This document shows positions 40,851 to 52,995 of a stretch of 64,000 nt of DNA, in pieces. The translations under genes and the position numbers were made by a program. The stretch is from Neoconidiobolus thromboides FSU 785. Lineage: Eukaryota > Fungi > Entomophthoromycota. A model generated the notes under the pieces. The model searched no databases. It saw nothing but the letters and a program-made list of their open reading frames with translations, and was not told the origin of the DNA. The stretch is from assembly GCA_025603075.1 (NCBI GenBank), contig MU626298.1:1-64000 (forward strand), read 5' to 3'. Positions within the stretch are counted from its first letter, which is position 1; each line of letters begins with the position of its first letter.

Positions 40851-42678
40851 TTGATTTGATTGATGAGATCCCATAATGTTTGATGTCCTTTGATACATGA
40901 AAACGTCCACTGAATAAATTGCATCCCACTTGGATAATTATTAGCTTTTCGGCACCTAAGGTTAAGGTCTACGTCATATGCCTCAGTCAAAACAATCACA
41001 TTTATACCTGATACTCTGTCATTCCAGGTGTCAATTGGCCTAATACATAGTATATTAGTATCAATGTAAGTGCCGTCATAAAAATATAGAGTTATAGATC
41101 TAAAATAATTGCTCTAAGTACAGGTATAAGAAAGAATTTAAAGGCTTCATAAATATCTTTGGACATATTCCTATAAACAACGTTGTTTATTTGAGCATTA
41201 ATGTATATTTTTAATTGATAGAAAGACTTGTGTGTTCTCCATAATCCTAAGATATCATTTTTGATATCTCTTTTAGCTCTAGGAGTTATGCATAACGACT
41301 TCAGTATTTTCATTTCTCTATTTATCAATTTTTCTTTCTTTGGACCAACATTCAGCTTTTTTATCTTTTTCACTTCTAGTTGTGTTTCTCTTATGTATTT
41401 GTTTGGCTTAACGTACCTTTTCATTTCTCGACAGTTGATCATTTAATGTTTTTTTATTCAGTTTTCAGAAAGTGTTAATGTAAATAACAATAGCGTAGTG
41501 ATTGCAAGCATAACCGCTATATCATAGTGTCTGAATCTATTGATTTAATGAGTCATAGTTTCCCTCACTTTTCTAAACTAATTTTAAATCCAAAAGTTAA
41601 AATGTTTTTGATATAATATATAATAAATGACTTACTATTGACATTTCTTATAGAAAAGATAATTTAATAGTAAAGTTCCAAGCGTGTACTTTTATGTTAC
41701 AATCGCTTTGTTTTTAACAATATATAAATTATAGTAATCAACAAAAATGAGTACAGGGGATTTGAAATTCTTAAAGGGTAGAAGTGTTATTTTGATAAAG
41801 CAAAGTATAAACTTGGCTCTAGAGATACTAATAAAATTTTATGCAAAAACATACATGTTAGACTATAGCCTAATGAGTCATACGCTTGTGTTTAGGTTGT
41901 TTGTATTAAGAATTATTTTTTTGCACTAGACCTCATTTAAATTTATAGATACAAAATATAAAAGTGATATATTTAAAGACAGACTATCCAAATTTCTATC
42001 AAAGTTTAATCAGTTGGGTCGAAATAGTATTCCTACTCATAATTGGGAATATGGATTTCAATATAGTATATCCATCAGTTCCAAAGATAATGTACTGGTT
42101 CATTTACAGAAAAGCAACTAAAGCTTTGGTTCAATAGAGGAAGTTAAATCTTTAACTTATAAATTAACTAAAACTAAAGCTAATTTATGTACTGTTTTAC
42201 TGGATGTGAAATAGTATGGAAAAATGAGCACATCTAGTTATATGACTAGATTAGCAGTAAATAGTAGCTTTTATATCATAAATATTTAACTTTGGAAAAT
42301 AATTGATAATATTTGTGCATTTAAATACAACATTTTATTGATAATTCATTCTTTTATAATAATTTGAACTAAGAAAAATTACTAAAATATTATTATTAAA
42401 ATTAATTTTTATTATGGATCATAAACGAGGAATTCCATTTAGATACTTTGGTTCTGACCACATAGGACTAATAAATTAGTTTCAGGCATCAGTGTATCAT
42501 TTAATCATCTCCAAATTTAAGTGAGTTAAAACAAAAACTCGTAAAAAAATACAGCAAATAAGATCCTTGTGGGACAAAAATGGAAATCTAGCTTCAATCT
42601 CCAAACTTTGTAATGAAAAAATATTTTTTAAATTTTATTTTTAAATCAAACTATCATAAGTCCTTTTATCTTAACAGA

Positions 42679-43978
42679 ATGAGTGATAATAAAATTAGTC
42701 CTTTGATTCAATTAACCAATACCAAGAATATAGAAGCAGACGTTAAAGAGGACAATCCGAAAGCTGTAGAGCAAAGTAATGAAAATGGTCAAATAGAAAA
42801 TCAAAGAGAAGGCGAAAAAATAGAAGCTCAAAAAGAAGTCAAAAAAGAAATTAAAAGACATCCAGGGTATGGGCCAGTGCCTGAAGGAATGAGTAAGAGT
42901 GCATATAAAAAAATGAAGAAGAGGGAGTTGAGGGAAGAAACACATAAAGAATGGATAACTCAAGTACGCCAAAAACAAAAAATGAAAAAGAAAGAGCGTA
43001 AACAGTTAATAAAGCAAGGTAGCTATTTGTCTGAATTAATGAAAAAATGTATTCAATCTTATTGTAGGATTGATTGAGGATCAGTATAAACCTAAACCAA
43101 AAGTCGAAAACCAAGTTGCTTTACCATTGAAAATTGTTATTGATATGGATTTTGATAAATTGATGAATGACAAAGTAATATAATTCCAGCCTAAATAAAT
43201 ATATTAATATATGTATTAGGAAATATCTTCAGTTTGTAATCAAGTAGCTAGATGCTATGCATTCAATCGACAAAATGAAAATCAGGTCAACTTGTATGTA
43301 ACTGATATTAAAGGAAGGATTTTAGAGTATTTTAATACAAAAAAGCAAGACTCTAAAAATTGGAAAGATGTAACACTTACAGAAAACCATTTCGGCAATT
43401 TGATTAATAAAGAAGATACTATTTATCTTACAGCAGATGCCGAAGATACTATTTCTGAGTTGGATATCACGAAAACTTATATAATTGGTGGGATTGTTGA
43501 TAAAAATAGACATAAGGTTATCATTATTATTGTTTATATTACATTTATTTATCACTAATATTTAGTTTTTGACATTGAACAAAGCTAAAGAGTTGGGCAT
43601 AAAAAGTGCTAAATTGCCAATCGGGGATTACATAAAAATAGCAAGTCGTAAAGTATTAGCAGTGAATCATGGTATTAATTTTATAGATGTATTTTTTTGA
43701 AATTTAGTTTAATTTCTAATGTTTTAGTGTTTGAAATTTTATTACAATATTTAAATATAAAGGATTGGGAGCAAGCGTTTTTAAAGGTTATACCACAAAG
43801 AAGGCTTAGGCAAAATATGAACATAACCGATATCAATGAGAATGGAGATGAACAAGAAGGCAAAGATGTAGATGACGCAAACGATAAAGAAGATGAGCAA
43901 GATGAAAATGATAAAGAAAATCAAGAGGAGGATAAAAATGATGAAAGTGATGATAAAGAAATTGATAAAAGAAATTGA
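42679..43978 (+). CDS. TRM10: tRNA (guanine-N1 at position 9) methyltransferase (multi-exon)
   Basis: SPOUT motifs [41 protein letters not shown]...[26 protein letters not shown]; acidic tail. Confidence 0.93.
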
Positions 43979-44003
43979 ATAAAATAATATAGATAAGCAA
44001 TAA

Positions 44004-45626
44004 TTACAAATTTAATGCAAGGTAAATGGTATACTCTGGATTAAGAAGATCTGAAATACCCCAGTTAGGGTCAGTTTGAATAAAGCCTGCTGAGTTTGCT
44101 ACAATTAGCTCTAACTTAAATAGAATACTTAAAACTTCTTCGCCGTTAGCTGCAAAATCTTGATTATCTTTAAATTTCTACAAATCATTAGTATTTATAA
44201 AATTTAGCATTATTATTATTTACTTCTATCATGCTACTCACTAAACGTTCTCTATCTGGCGCAGTATATAAATAATCTACTATTTCTGACATTAAAGTAG
44301 CAATGGATTTTGGAAAAAACAATAGGAATTTCTCCAATAAACCTGGACTATACTTTTTAAACTCCAGTATTAACTTTTCTTGAAGTTGATTTGTTATCTA
44401 AAAATTAAAATTAAATTAAAACAATTAAAAGAGATTTAAGATTAGTTACAATATCTTTCATTTTAATGAGCTCAGCTTCAAGTGCTTTCAGTAGTCCTTT
44501 TAAACCTAAATGAAATTTGTAAATTTAAATTCCGTGTGATTAAAAATAGATTACCATTTTTATCTTCAATGATATAGGTATTCTGTTGAAAAGATACAAG
44601 AATCTGTTTTAATACTTCACGAACACATTGGATATCTAACTTGATAGTTAGTAATCCAAATAATATTTTATACTCTGCTTACCACTATCATTAGTCTCCC
44701 ACTTAGTATTGCCAATTCTTTGAACTAATAAATCGTAACGTTCTTTTTTACGTTCTAGTTCATGAATCTTTACTTCTGTTTTTAAAAGTGCCTCTTTGTT
44801 GGCTTTTCTTTTGTTTTCAATCTCAAGGTAATCTTTTTTACTTTTAAATATTAACATTTCTCTTAATATTTCCTATTGACAACTATATCAAATATTCTTT
44901 ATAGTAAATACAGCAATTTACCTTATTTACCACCCCTCCTTTTTCTAAATTTTCGACCCAGTATTTCATTCTTTCATATTCTCTTTTCTAAATTATGAAT
45001 CACCTTCTATTTAAACAAGAGTCAAGATGGTTTACCTTTTCGTTATTAGCAATTTCTTTTTTAAACTTAACACCGCTCAATTTTTCTGCCCTTTCTATTA
45101 TTTTTGCTTTATTTTTTTTCAAATCTTCAACGTCAATATCACCAGCCTGTACATCTAAATAAAAATCGATCTATTTATACTGGTTATCCAATTGATCTTT
45201 AATTTTTAACTTATCATTACTTCTTGCATATAAATTTTCGATAGTTCTAATAGCTCCTCTAGTCGCTCATTACAAACAATCACTAGCCCTGGTAACTTTG
45301 GAGTTATTGTTTGGGCTCTTTTTTGTTTAATTGTTTCCATCTCTCGATTTGTATAAATCTCATGTTGCTATTAAATTTTGGTTTCTTTTAGCTGTTAAAC
45401 TTCATATCTTTTTAAAAATGCTTTTACCTGAGTAAACCTTGCTATTTTATTAAATCGACTAAACTTGTCACTGGCTATTTTGATTTCGTTAACTCCAGCC
45501 AATAACTAATGGCAATTTAAGTTGTTTTATTTTTCTTTTATTTAATCTATTTACCGCTGCATTAACGTTACTTAGTTTTTTTGTGCATTCTTGTATTGTA
45601 TCTTCTATTGTTGGTGCCTTGCTCAT
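44004..45626 (-). CDS. ~385 aa, 10-exon protein with N-terminal DASH Spc19-like domain, coiled coil and unassigned C-terminal domain
   Basis: A phase-consistent GT-AG splice path was built by hand with no internal stops. The first ~100 aa align without gaps to my recollection of the Spc19 pattern (C..L......L...v..I......F.R..K....T...E....E.........I.P.l..L.......LE.L). Confidence 0.6.
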
Positions 45627-46262
45627 TGAAACTTTTAAATAATTAAAATCTTAAGAATGAGACTATTTTTGTATTTTTTTAGTTTAATTTTTGACTTATT
45701 TTTGAAGACTGCAAAAATTGAATTTCAGAGTTACAATTCTTCAATAATAAATAGTAACATTTTAAATGATAATATCGTCCATACGAAAGGCCCACTAGTA
45801 GCTATAGGTATATAATCATCGATTTTATTTACATAAAGTATATCAAAGGTTTAAAACAGTATAAATGTACTAAGGTTAGTCATGAGACGTATAAATCAAA
45901 TCCGAGTTACTTTGAACAGATTCACCACTCTAATGACCTTTTCTACTAGTTCAAAGCCATGTTGTCTATTTAACTTAAAAATGGCTATGACCCTAATGTT
46001 AAAATAGGATAGTCTGTTAACGTCTCTTTGCTATTATCTTCAATTGAGTTCAATGGACTAATTAGATATCTGTATAAATTAGTAGCCATAATAATTATTT
46101 TCTTACAAATTAGATACAATAAATTTTAATAGTTAATATATTTGACATGATTGGTTATTTTCTAAAAAAAGTAATAGCAAATTCATCAAAACATAAAATA
46201 ATAAATTTAAATAATTTTTATATTAATATATAGCCGGAGATAATCTTGATGTTAAAAGGTTA

Positions 46263-47439
46263 TTAATATCTGCGTTGACTAGGGTCAATAAACCCCCCTG
46301 GACCTGGTGGGTTGTTAGATGGTGGATTACCTTGACCTGGGAATCCAGGCTGTGGTGGATAGCCTTGGTTACCGCCATATCCTCCTTGGTTCCCTTGGTT
46401 ACCACCGTATCCCCCTTGATTTCCACCGTATCCTCCTTGATTTCCACCATATCCTCCTTGTGGGTCTTTATAATCACCACCAAAGCTACCGCCTTGTGGA
46501 CCACTGCTGTAAGATGGAGGTTGTCCATAGCCACCTTGGTTACCTCCATAGCCCCCTCCTTGATTAGGAGGATTGTAACTCCCTGGACCTTGTGGGACAT
46601 TAGGACCAGATCCATATTGATTGCCTCCATAACCACCTTGTTGGTTACCTCCATAACCGCCCTGTTGGTTGCCTCCATAACCACCTTGTTGGTTGCCTCC
46701 ATAACCACCTTGTTGATCACCGTATTGCTCATCTACAAGTTTCATTGCATTAGCGGCAGCTTCTGCTGCAACAGCCTCACGTGATGCCTCAATATCTCTC
46801 TTTCCTCCCATTCCCATAAACCCGCTACCACCTTGGGTGTTTTTATTAAACATCTTTACTGCTTGAGCCATAGCTACACCAGCAACCATTTTTTTCAAAA
46901 AGGCATAATGTACAGTTTTACCTTGCTTTTTTTGATAATTTTGGTAATAATTCATTGCAGCAAAACCAGCGGCACCTGCAATAAGTTTAGTTGTCATACT
47001 AGTACCACCCCCGCCCTAATTATTAGGTTATTTTAAAAAGTGTTTTTAGAATAGAAACTTACTCTTGCGGTTACGTTAGCTTGGTCAAACATATCTCTTG
47101 AGCGGTTAGTATCAATATCTACATTCATGTGTTGAGCCTTTAATCAAAGATTAGTAAAAAAAGCAACTAGTTAATAAAGCTATTTACCTTATTAAAAGCG
47201 TTTTGCAAATCGTTACTTGAGAAGCTAAGATCCCTTTCACCACCAGTTAAATTCTTAGCAATTTCCCAAGGTTCGGCATTAGGATTAATGGAATCAAAGT
47301 CAATCTCATCGAAACTTTCGCTGCTACCTCCAAAATTACTTGGAGGTCCTGAGTTGTATCCCCCTTGATTGAAGCCGCCTGGGGGCCCTGAATTGTATCC
47401 TCCTTGGTTGAAGTCTCCTGGATAATTATTATATGACAT
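46263..47439 (-). CDS. Gly/Gln/Tyr-rich repeat protein with central CipC/DUF3759-like helical domain (3 exons)
   Basis: Two GT-AG introns join [15 protein letters not shown]... to ...[42 protein letters not shown]... and then GGNQQGGY repeats. Confidence 0.75.
46621..46716. repeat. 24-nt coding tandem repeat x4 (GGNQQGGY)
   Basis: TTGCCTCCATAACCACCTTGTTGG unit repeated four times; related 21-nt units (GGNQGGY) near 46360-46460. Confidence 0.9.
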
Positions 47440-47540
47440 TTTTAAATTTAAACTGATCTTTGTAAATAAAAAACTAATCCATTCGTATTTATAAATCCAT
47501 TTAAATAATCATATTTTAGGAATTTATGATATCATGCTCC

Positions 47541-47550
47541 ACGTCACATT
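47541..47550 (-). promoter_or_regulatory. AATGTGACGT (ATF/CRE-like) motif upstream of the G/Q/Y-rich gene
   Basis: ~100 bp upstream of the ATG, with TATAAAT on the minus strand between them; same 10-mer as at 29770. Confidence 0.35.
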
Positions 47551-47700
47551 CTGTGTCTTGGCGGCCAATTACTTTGCTGTTTGTTTTTTTAAAATCCAAA
47601 CCAAGCCAATCATTAGCCAAACATGCCAAACCTATGGCTGACGTTTGTTTTGAAATTTTGCCCATTCTTCGCAGGAAATTAACAAAAAACTTTTTTAAAA

Positions 47701-47892
47701 ATACTAGTGTTTTTTACTACTTTTTCTGTTAAGTGCTATTGAGCAGAAAAAATGTCAGTAAATTTCTTAAACAAAATATGTGGATGTTTTTTTGTTTCAT
47801 TACTTTTTCCATTTTTTGAGCGCTATTTAAGCGGAAAATTTATTAGTAAAATTCTTAAACAAAAAAATAAATCCCCATATGCATCCTCATAG
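47701..47892 (+). mobile_element. MITE family copy h1 (old host copy, interrupted by h2)
   Basis: AAGTGCTATTGAGCAGAAAAAATGTCAGTAAATTTCTTAAACAAA is followed by the insertion, then the displaced terminus GCATCCTC. Confidence 0.75.
47776..47880 (+). mobile_element. MITE family copy h2 (nested, ATAT TSDs)
   Basis: ATAT-GTGGATGTTTTTTTG...GAGCGCT...AAATAAATCCCC-ATAT. Confidence 0.9.
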
Positions 47893-48681
47893 CTTTTTAT
47901 AATAATCTCAAAGTTATCTAAAGGTGCTCAGTTTGAAGTACGAGTATGTTTTATGAAAAACTGGTTTATTTTTAAAGAGCAGGGGGGGCTCTTTTAAAAT
48001 TCTTGATCTCTATATCTAAAGTGAACAGCAATATTTCATTGTTGACAACGAAAACAAACATGATTGTCTTTTTATTATTTTGTTTATGTATTATGCTATT
48101 TAAAAATTAAAAATTAAATACTGAAATAAAAAGGTTGTCTGCAAATTTTATAAACGAGTAGTTCTCAAAAATTGATTAAGTTTAATTTATTAAAAATTAA
48201 TTATACTCTTATAGTTACTATGTGGATTTCAATATGTGAATAAAGAAATTTTTACATTTTGGAATAGTTCTTTACAACAGGTAGCCAAGCTTTACATGAT
48301 AATTGCTTGTTTTCTAAATTAACTTTATAATTAAAATATAAATTGATTACAAATCACCATTTACTAACTAATGTCAAAAAATTAAAAAATATTGATTATT
48401 ATTTTTGTAAAATGTAATTTCAAATTAAGTATTTATTAAATAAAATAGGTGTTAGTTCCTTATAAATTTATATAAATATAGTATTTTGAAGTTTTGAAAC
48501 TATATTATCTATCAAGTTTAGTCTACCATAGAAACAAAGACTTTAATTTTTTGTTTTCTGTTTAGGAATCAGATGTACTTACATTATAAAACAATAGTTA
48601 ACAATCATTTATTGCTTCAATAATATTGGCATGGAATATAATGCTTCACAGTTAAAAGAGGGAGAAGATAAGGCCTTGCAT

Positions 48682-49855
48682 TTACTCTGTAGCGCCAAGT
48701 TCTTCATTTTCAACCCCTTTCTTAAATGATTCCATCCAACCCTTAACTTTTTCATAAACCATGAAAGTAATGGCTTGACCTGGTGCAACTCTCATCAAAC
48801 GGGGTGTTAATCCTTTATAAAGTGCTCTCCATCCTTCTTCTTTTACCATTTGCGTGACAATATTTTTAGTACGTGTTAAACTCGATTCCCCGGTAAGATT
48901 AGGTGTCTTTTGGATACGTGTTTTAATGGTATCAATGGGTGCATTAGACATTGGTCCCATAGCTCCACTTAAACCACCCAAAAGCAAATGTTGATAACTA
49001 GGTAATTCAGTTTTATCTGGTTGAGCATTTAACGCCATCTTTTTGAATTCTTGATAGGCAGCAAAATTTACAGCTTGATTGGTAGCTAACAAGGCGATAA
49101 ATATTAGAGTATTTTACATAGAAAATAAAGCTACCTTGTCTTAATGCGGTTAATGCTAAACCTTTATAAAGTGCACCAATACCTTCTTCTTTAACAATTA
49201 AATAAGCGGCATGACCTGCATTACGATATTTAGGAACATCTAAAGGATCAACCATGGAGTGACGCTGAGCTTGTAATCGAATTTTAATTACATCCATAGG
49301 GGTAACGATTAAAACTGCTTCAGTTATACCAGCTCCTAACCCAGCTAGAAAAAAGAGTTAACATTGAATCATTTTTTTAAATAACAAAAATTACCAAAGA
49401 ATGTTTTGTAAACATTTCCCTTTCCTTCCTTATTTGCCAATACGGATTTATAATATTCAAAGGAAGAAAATCTTATTGCCATTTTGGGTACAATACCAGA
49501 TACAACGGCTCCCAGTCCTTTATAAAGAGCAAGGGCACCCTCTTTTTGTACTATTCTGGATCCAACTGAAAAGAAGCTTCCACTTTGCTACAAATATTTA
49601 GAAAAGGTCTTCACATCTAATAAGGATCTAAAGTTCAATTACCTTTGTACGTTTCAATTGCATTCGAACTTTTATAGTATCAAGTGGATGGCATATACAA
49701 GCTTCCATTAGACCGGCAGCACCACCGGCAATAAGATGAGTGGCGAGATTTGGGGTAACTTTTTTTTTAACCTCTGTAGTATTAGTTAAAGTAGCGGTAC
49801 TTGGTTTTGAAACCAAGTTTAATTTCGAGTCTCCACCATCTACAGTTTGTACCAT
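48682..49855 (-). CDS. SFC1: Mitochondrial succinate-fumarate carrier (multi-exon)
   Basis: Three Px[DE]xx[KR] carrier signatures (HPLDTIKVR, PMDVIKIR, APIDTIKTR); QRHSMVDPLDVPKYRNA and LRQATNQAVNF are typical of Sfc1. Confidence 0.9.
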
Positions 49856-50962
49856 TTGTTACTACTAGTTTTCTAAAAAAATATAAATAAATTTGATAAA
49901 AAAAAGTTGAGCTGTATTTAAATCTTTTCTATTTATCCTTTAATTTTCATCTCCATGAGGTAGTTAGTCTATTAAATGAGGTAGTCATTCACTGTAATTC
50001 AACTTCTCATGAAAATTAAACATTTGTTTAGCAGTCACTCTTTCAATTCTAACTTTGGTAATTTAAAACCTTATTTAAAAAAATCAATTAAGAATTCAAC
50101 CGATTTTCTCCACTTTGCAGTGATCCAATAAAATTTAATTATATCATTGTATAGGCGATATCTATTAGCTACAGTAAAATTGAGTTTGGATTAAATTTGA
50201 ATTAAATCTATTAAAACGAAATTCAAAGAATTTTTGAAGTATGAAATTAAGCCAATTAGTGTATATTTTTCATAAGTTAGTCAACTATTACTTAAACAGT
50301 GCCACTTATTTTCAATTATTTAATACTTGAATTGTTACTATAGGTTACATTTTAAATTATTTCATTGTTATATTACAAACATCGTCTATAGTAAGGATTC
50401 TATTTTATTTGCTATCAGATTATAAAAATAGTTGTCTAACTTTATTTTAGGCAATTTAATTTAACGTTAAAAAATAGAATTTATCATAATTTGTTTTTGT
50501 ACTACTATTATTTATTAGCATTGGATTGGATATCTTTATTATTTATGTAACTTTTACTTTTTCAATTAGTACAATAAAGGACTATTGATAAATATTTAAA
50601 TAAATCAAACATTATTTTGTAAAGCTCCGCTGTTTGAAATGATATTATGATATATTGGAAATTGATAATTTATTAAAATTTATGTTAAGATTTTCAGTAT
50701 GGTTTGAAATTAATTCATTCATTTTGAAGTTGATTTTAATTTATCAAAACATTAAATTTATTTTATGTCTATAAATATTAATACCAATAATAAACAAATC
50801 GATACAACATCAATAAAACATATTATTTATTAATAATAAAGACTTTAATTCAAACACATTAAAACCCAAGTAAAAGAATGAGATTATTATATATTAACAT
50901 AGTTGATCTGAAAAAACAACTCAGCTCATTTTGATCGATGAAAATAACTTAAACATTTCAAG

Positions 50963-52995
50963 CTAATCAACACGCTGAGTAAAATTGGAAGGAAATATAC
51001 CTCTAGTAGCCACCCCGGTATTTGGGTCCACAAATTCGCCTTCCCACCAGCCATCATCATGGGTAGCTAATACCGCTAGTATTTGTCCTTGTTGAATTGT
51101 TAGCTCCTGTTCCATTTCTCTTAGATAGTCGTAAAGTACTCTTACTAAGACTTGATTAATACGTCAATTACTAAATAACTCAATTCACTTACCAAAAAAC
51201 AAAGGTCTAGCAACAGGATAACTTGGTGGGGCAGAAGGAGTAGCTAAGGGTGGGGATACAACTTGCATATTTAAATTAGAGATAGTAGAAGACGAGTTCA
51301 ATTCATTAGTACTAATGTTAGCAGCTTTTAAGTTAGAACTTGATGGATTCTTTATTTCTTTATTATTCTTTTCTTCTTCAATAACTTCATCATAAAAGGA
51401 TGCTAATGAACTTGATGCTTTGATGTTATTATTACTGCCATTTGGTGGTGATGGACTTTTTAAATCGTCACTAGAATCATTTTGTCGACCACTACTATAT
51501 TGATTTAGGTTTCCAGTACTTTTACTAGCTGTTGTTGTTTTTGTAGGTGAGGTAGGTGAATCAACACTGTTTGATTTTGACTTGTTATTATTGATATTAA
51601 ATAATGAGTTGCTTGCTGAAAAATGATGCGGGACTTTGAAAGCTTTTTTAAATAGCTGAGCAGGCTTTGCCATTGAAAAGCTATTAGAGCTTTCTTCCAA
51701 AGGAGAATCTAAGCTTGGAATTTCATAAATAGGTGAACCGTCTACTTCATAATCTGGATCAAACCCAGTGGCTCTTTCATCAATAAATGTTTGAATTTCT
51801 TTTGAAGCAACAAGTTGTTGTAAATTGGTACGTATTTTTTCAGAGGACTAAATGATTATTTATTATCTGGTATTGCTTTTAAAATCTTGTTTTTACCTCA
51901 TCATCTTTGACACACACTTCCGCAACTGCGTTGGAATAGTCCCAAATCACTTTTTTTAAAAAATCATTTCTTTGTTCTTCTAACTCTTGAAATACCTATA
52001 ATTTATTAATGTTGAATCAACTTTTTTAAAAACTGCTTACCCGGCATGAAACTCTCCAATCGTGCTGCCAGATTTTAGTGGCCTCTTCAAGTTCTCCCGA
52101 AAGTTGAGAATAATCCGTTTCTATATTTATAAGTTATTGATCCCAAAAGTATGAACTAAATTACCTAATTGTTTAATCTTTTGATGCCTTTGCTGGATCT
52201 AAATAATAAATAATTGTATATACTTATACTATTAGACTTACTTTTTCGATATCTTTTGCAGCCGATGAATTAATAGCTTCCATGCTATTTGCTTTTGTTT
52301 TTTCATTTAAATACTTTTCTTTAATCTAATTATGAATTAGATTGATAAGGTAAAAATAAATAAGTGTTACCTTTAATAAATTGGCATGTTTCAATGATTT
52401 ACTTTTAGACGATCTTTCTATAATAGCTGCTTGCTACTTTTATTTAATACACATCTTATATAAAAACTAAATATACATTACTTCTTTTCTTTTCTCCCTT
52501 TGCTGATTAATAAATATGGATAACTTACTTTCGATATCGCTTTTTATCTTTGTGCTTAGCTCAATATGAGCGTTACCACTTGCTTCCAACTCACTTCTAA
52601 GGCGACTTAGAGACTTTTGTAAATGACTAAGGATATTAATAAATTTACTAAAATTTTAATTATATTGCTTACCCACTCTCGTCTTTTCCAATATCACATT
52701 TTGAGATTTTCAATAATTTTTTACCGTATTCTTCTTCAAGTTGAGCTCTAAAGATATTAAAATATTAAAACAAGGTTAGAATTTTAAGCTACCTCGAGTT
52801 AAGTATAGTTTTTAATTCGTTACACGTTTGTTTTGCTTTACGCATCTTATTCATCAAGGTCTCAACTCCTCTATCATCTTTTCCCTGAATAAAAGTTACT
52901 AATTATATTTCCCGAAATGAATTAATAATTACCCAAAAGGAATTTTCAAATGATCGAGGTTGAGTTCCGTCTTCTTTGTTGTCTCCGACCATCAT
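50963..52995 (-). CDS. F-BAR (PCH) + SH3 protein, Cdc15/Imp2/Hof1-like (multi-exon)
   Basis: N-terminal FENSFWGKDDRGVETLMNKMRKAKQTCNEL (FCH); S/T/N-rich linker; C-terminal SH3 VLYDY...EQELTIQQGQILAVLATHDDGWWEGE...GIFPSNF. Confidence 0.88.

Larger units (their letters stand above)
39960..41442 (-). pseudogene. Decayed coding region interrupted by two MITEs, including an LtrA-like segment
   Basis: Long frames with scattered stops become continuous when the MITEs are removed. KIGWIELYVDLVFI near 40350-40390 resembles the LtrA WLELFFDLVFV motif and is followed by hydrophobic remnants. Confidence 0.45.

Noticed and set aside
41740-42290. Coding-looking stretch on + with scattered stops
   Set aside because: The stop density is not clearly below chance for ~70% AT DNA, and no family could be assigned.
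46223-46784. Overlapping ORFs 46223-46732, 46275-46784 and 46319-46567
   Set aside because: They are shadow frames of the GC-richer repeat-coding exon.
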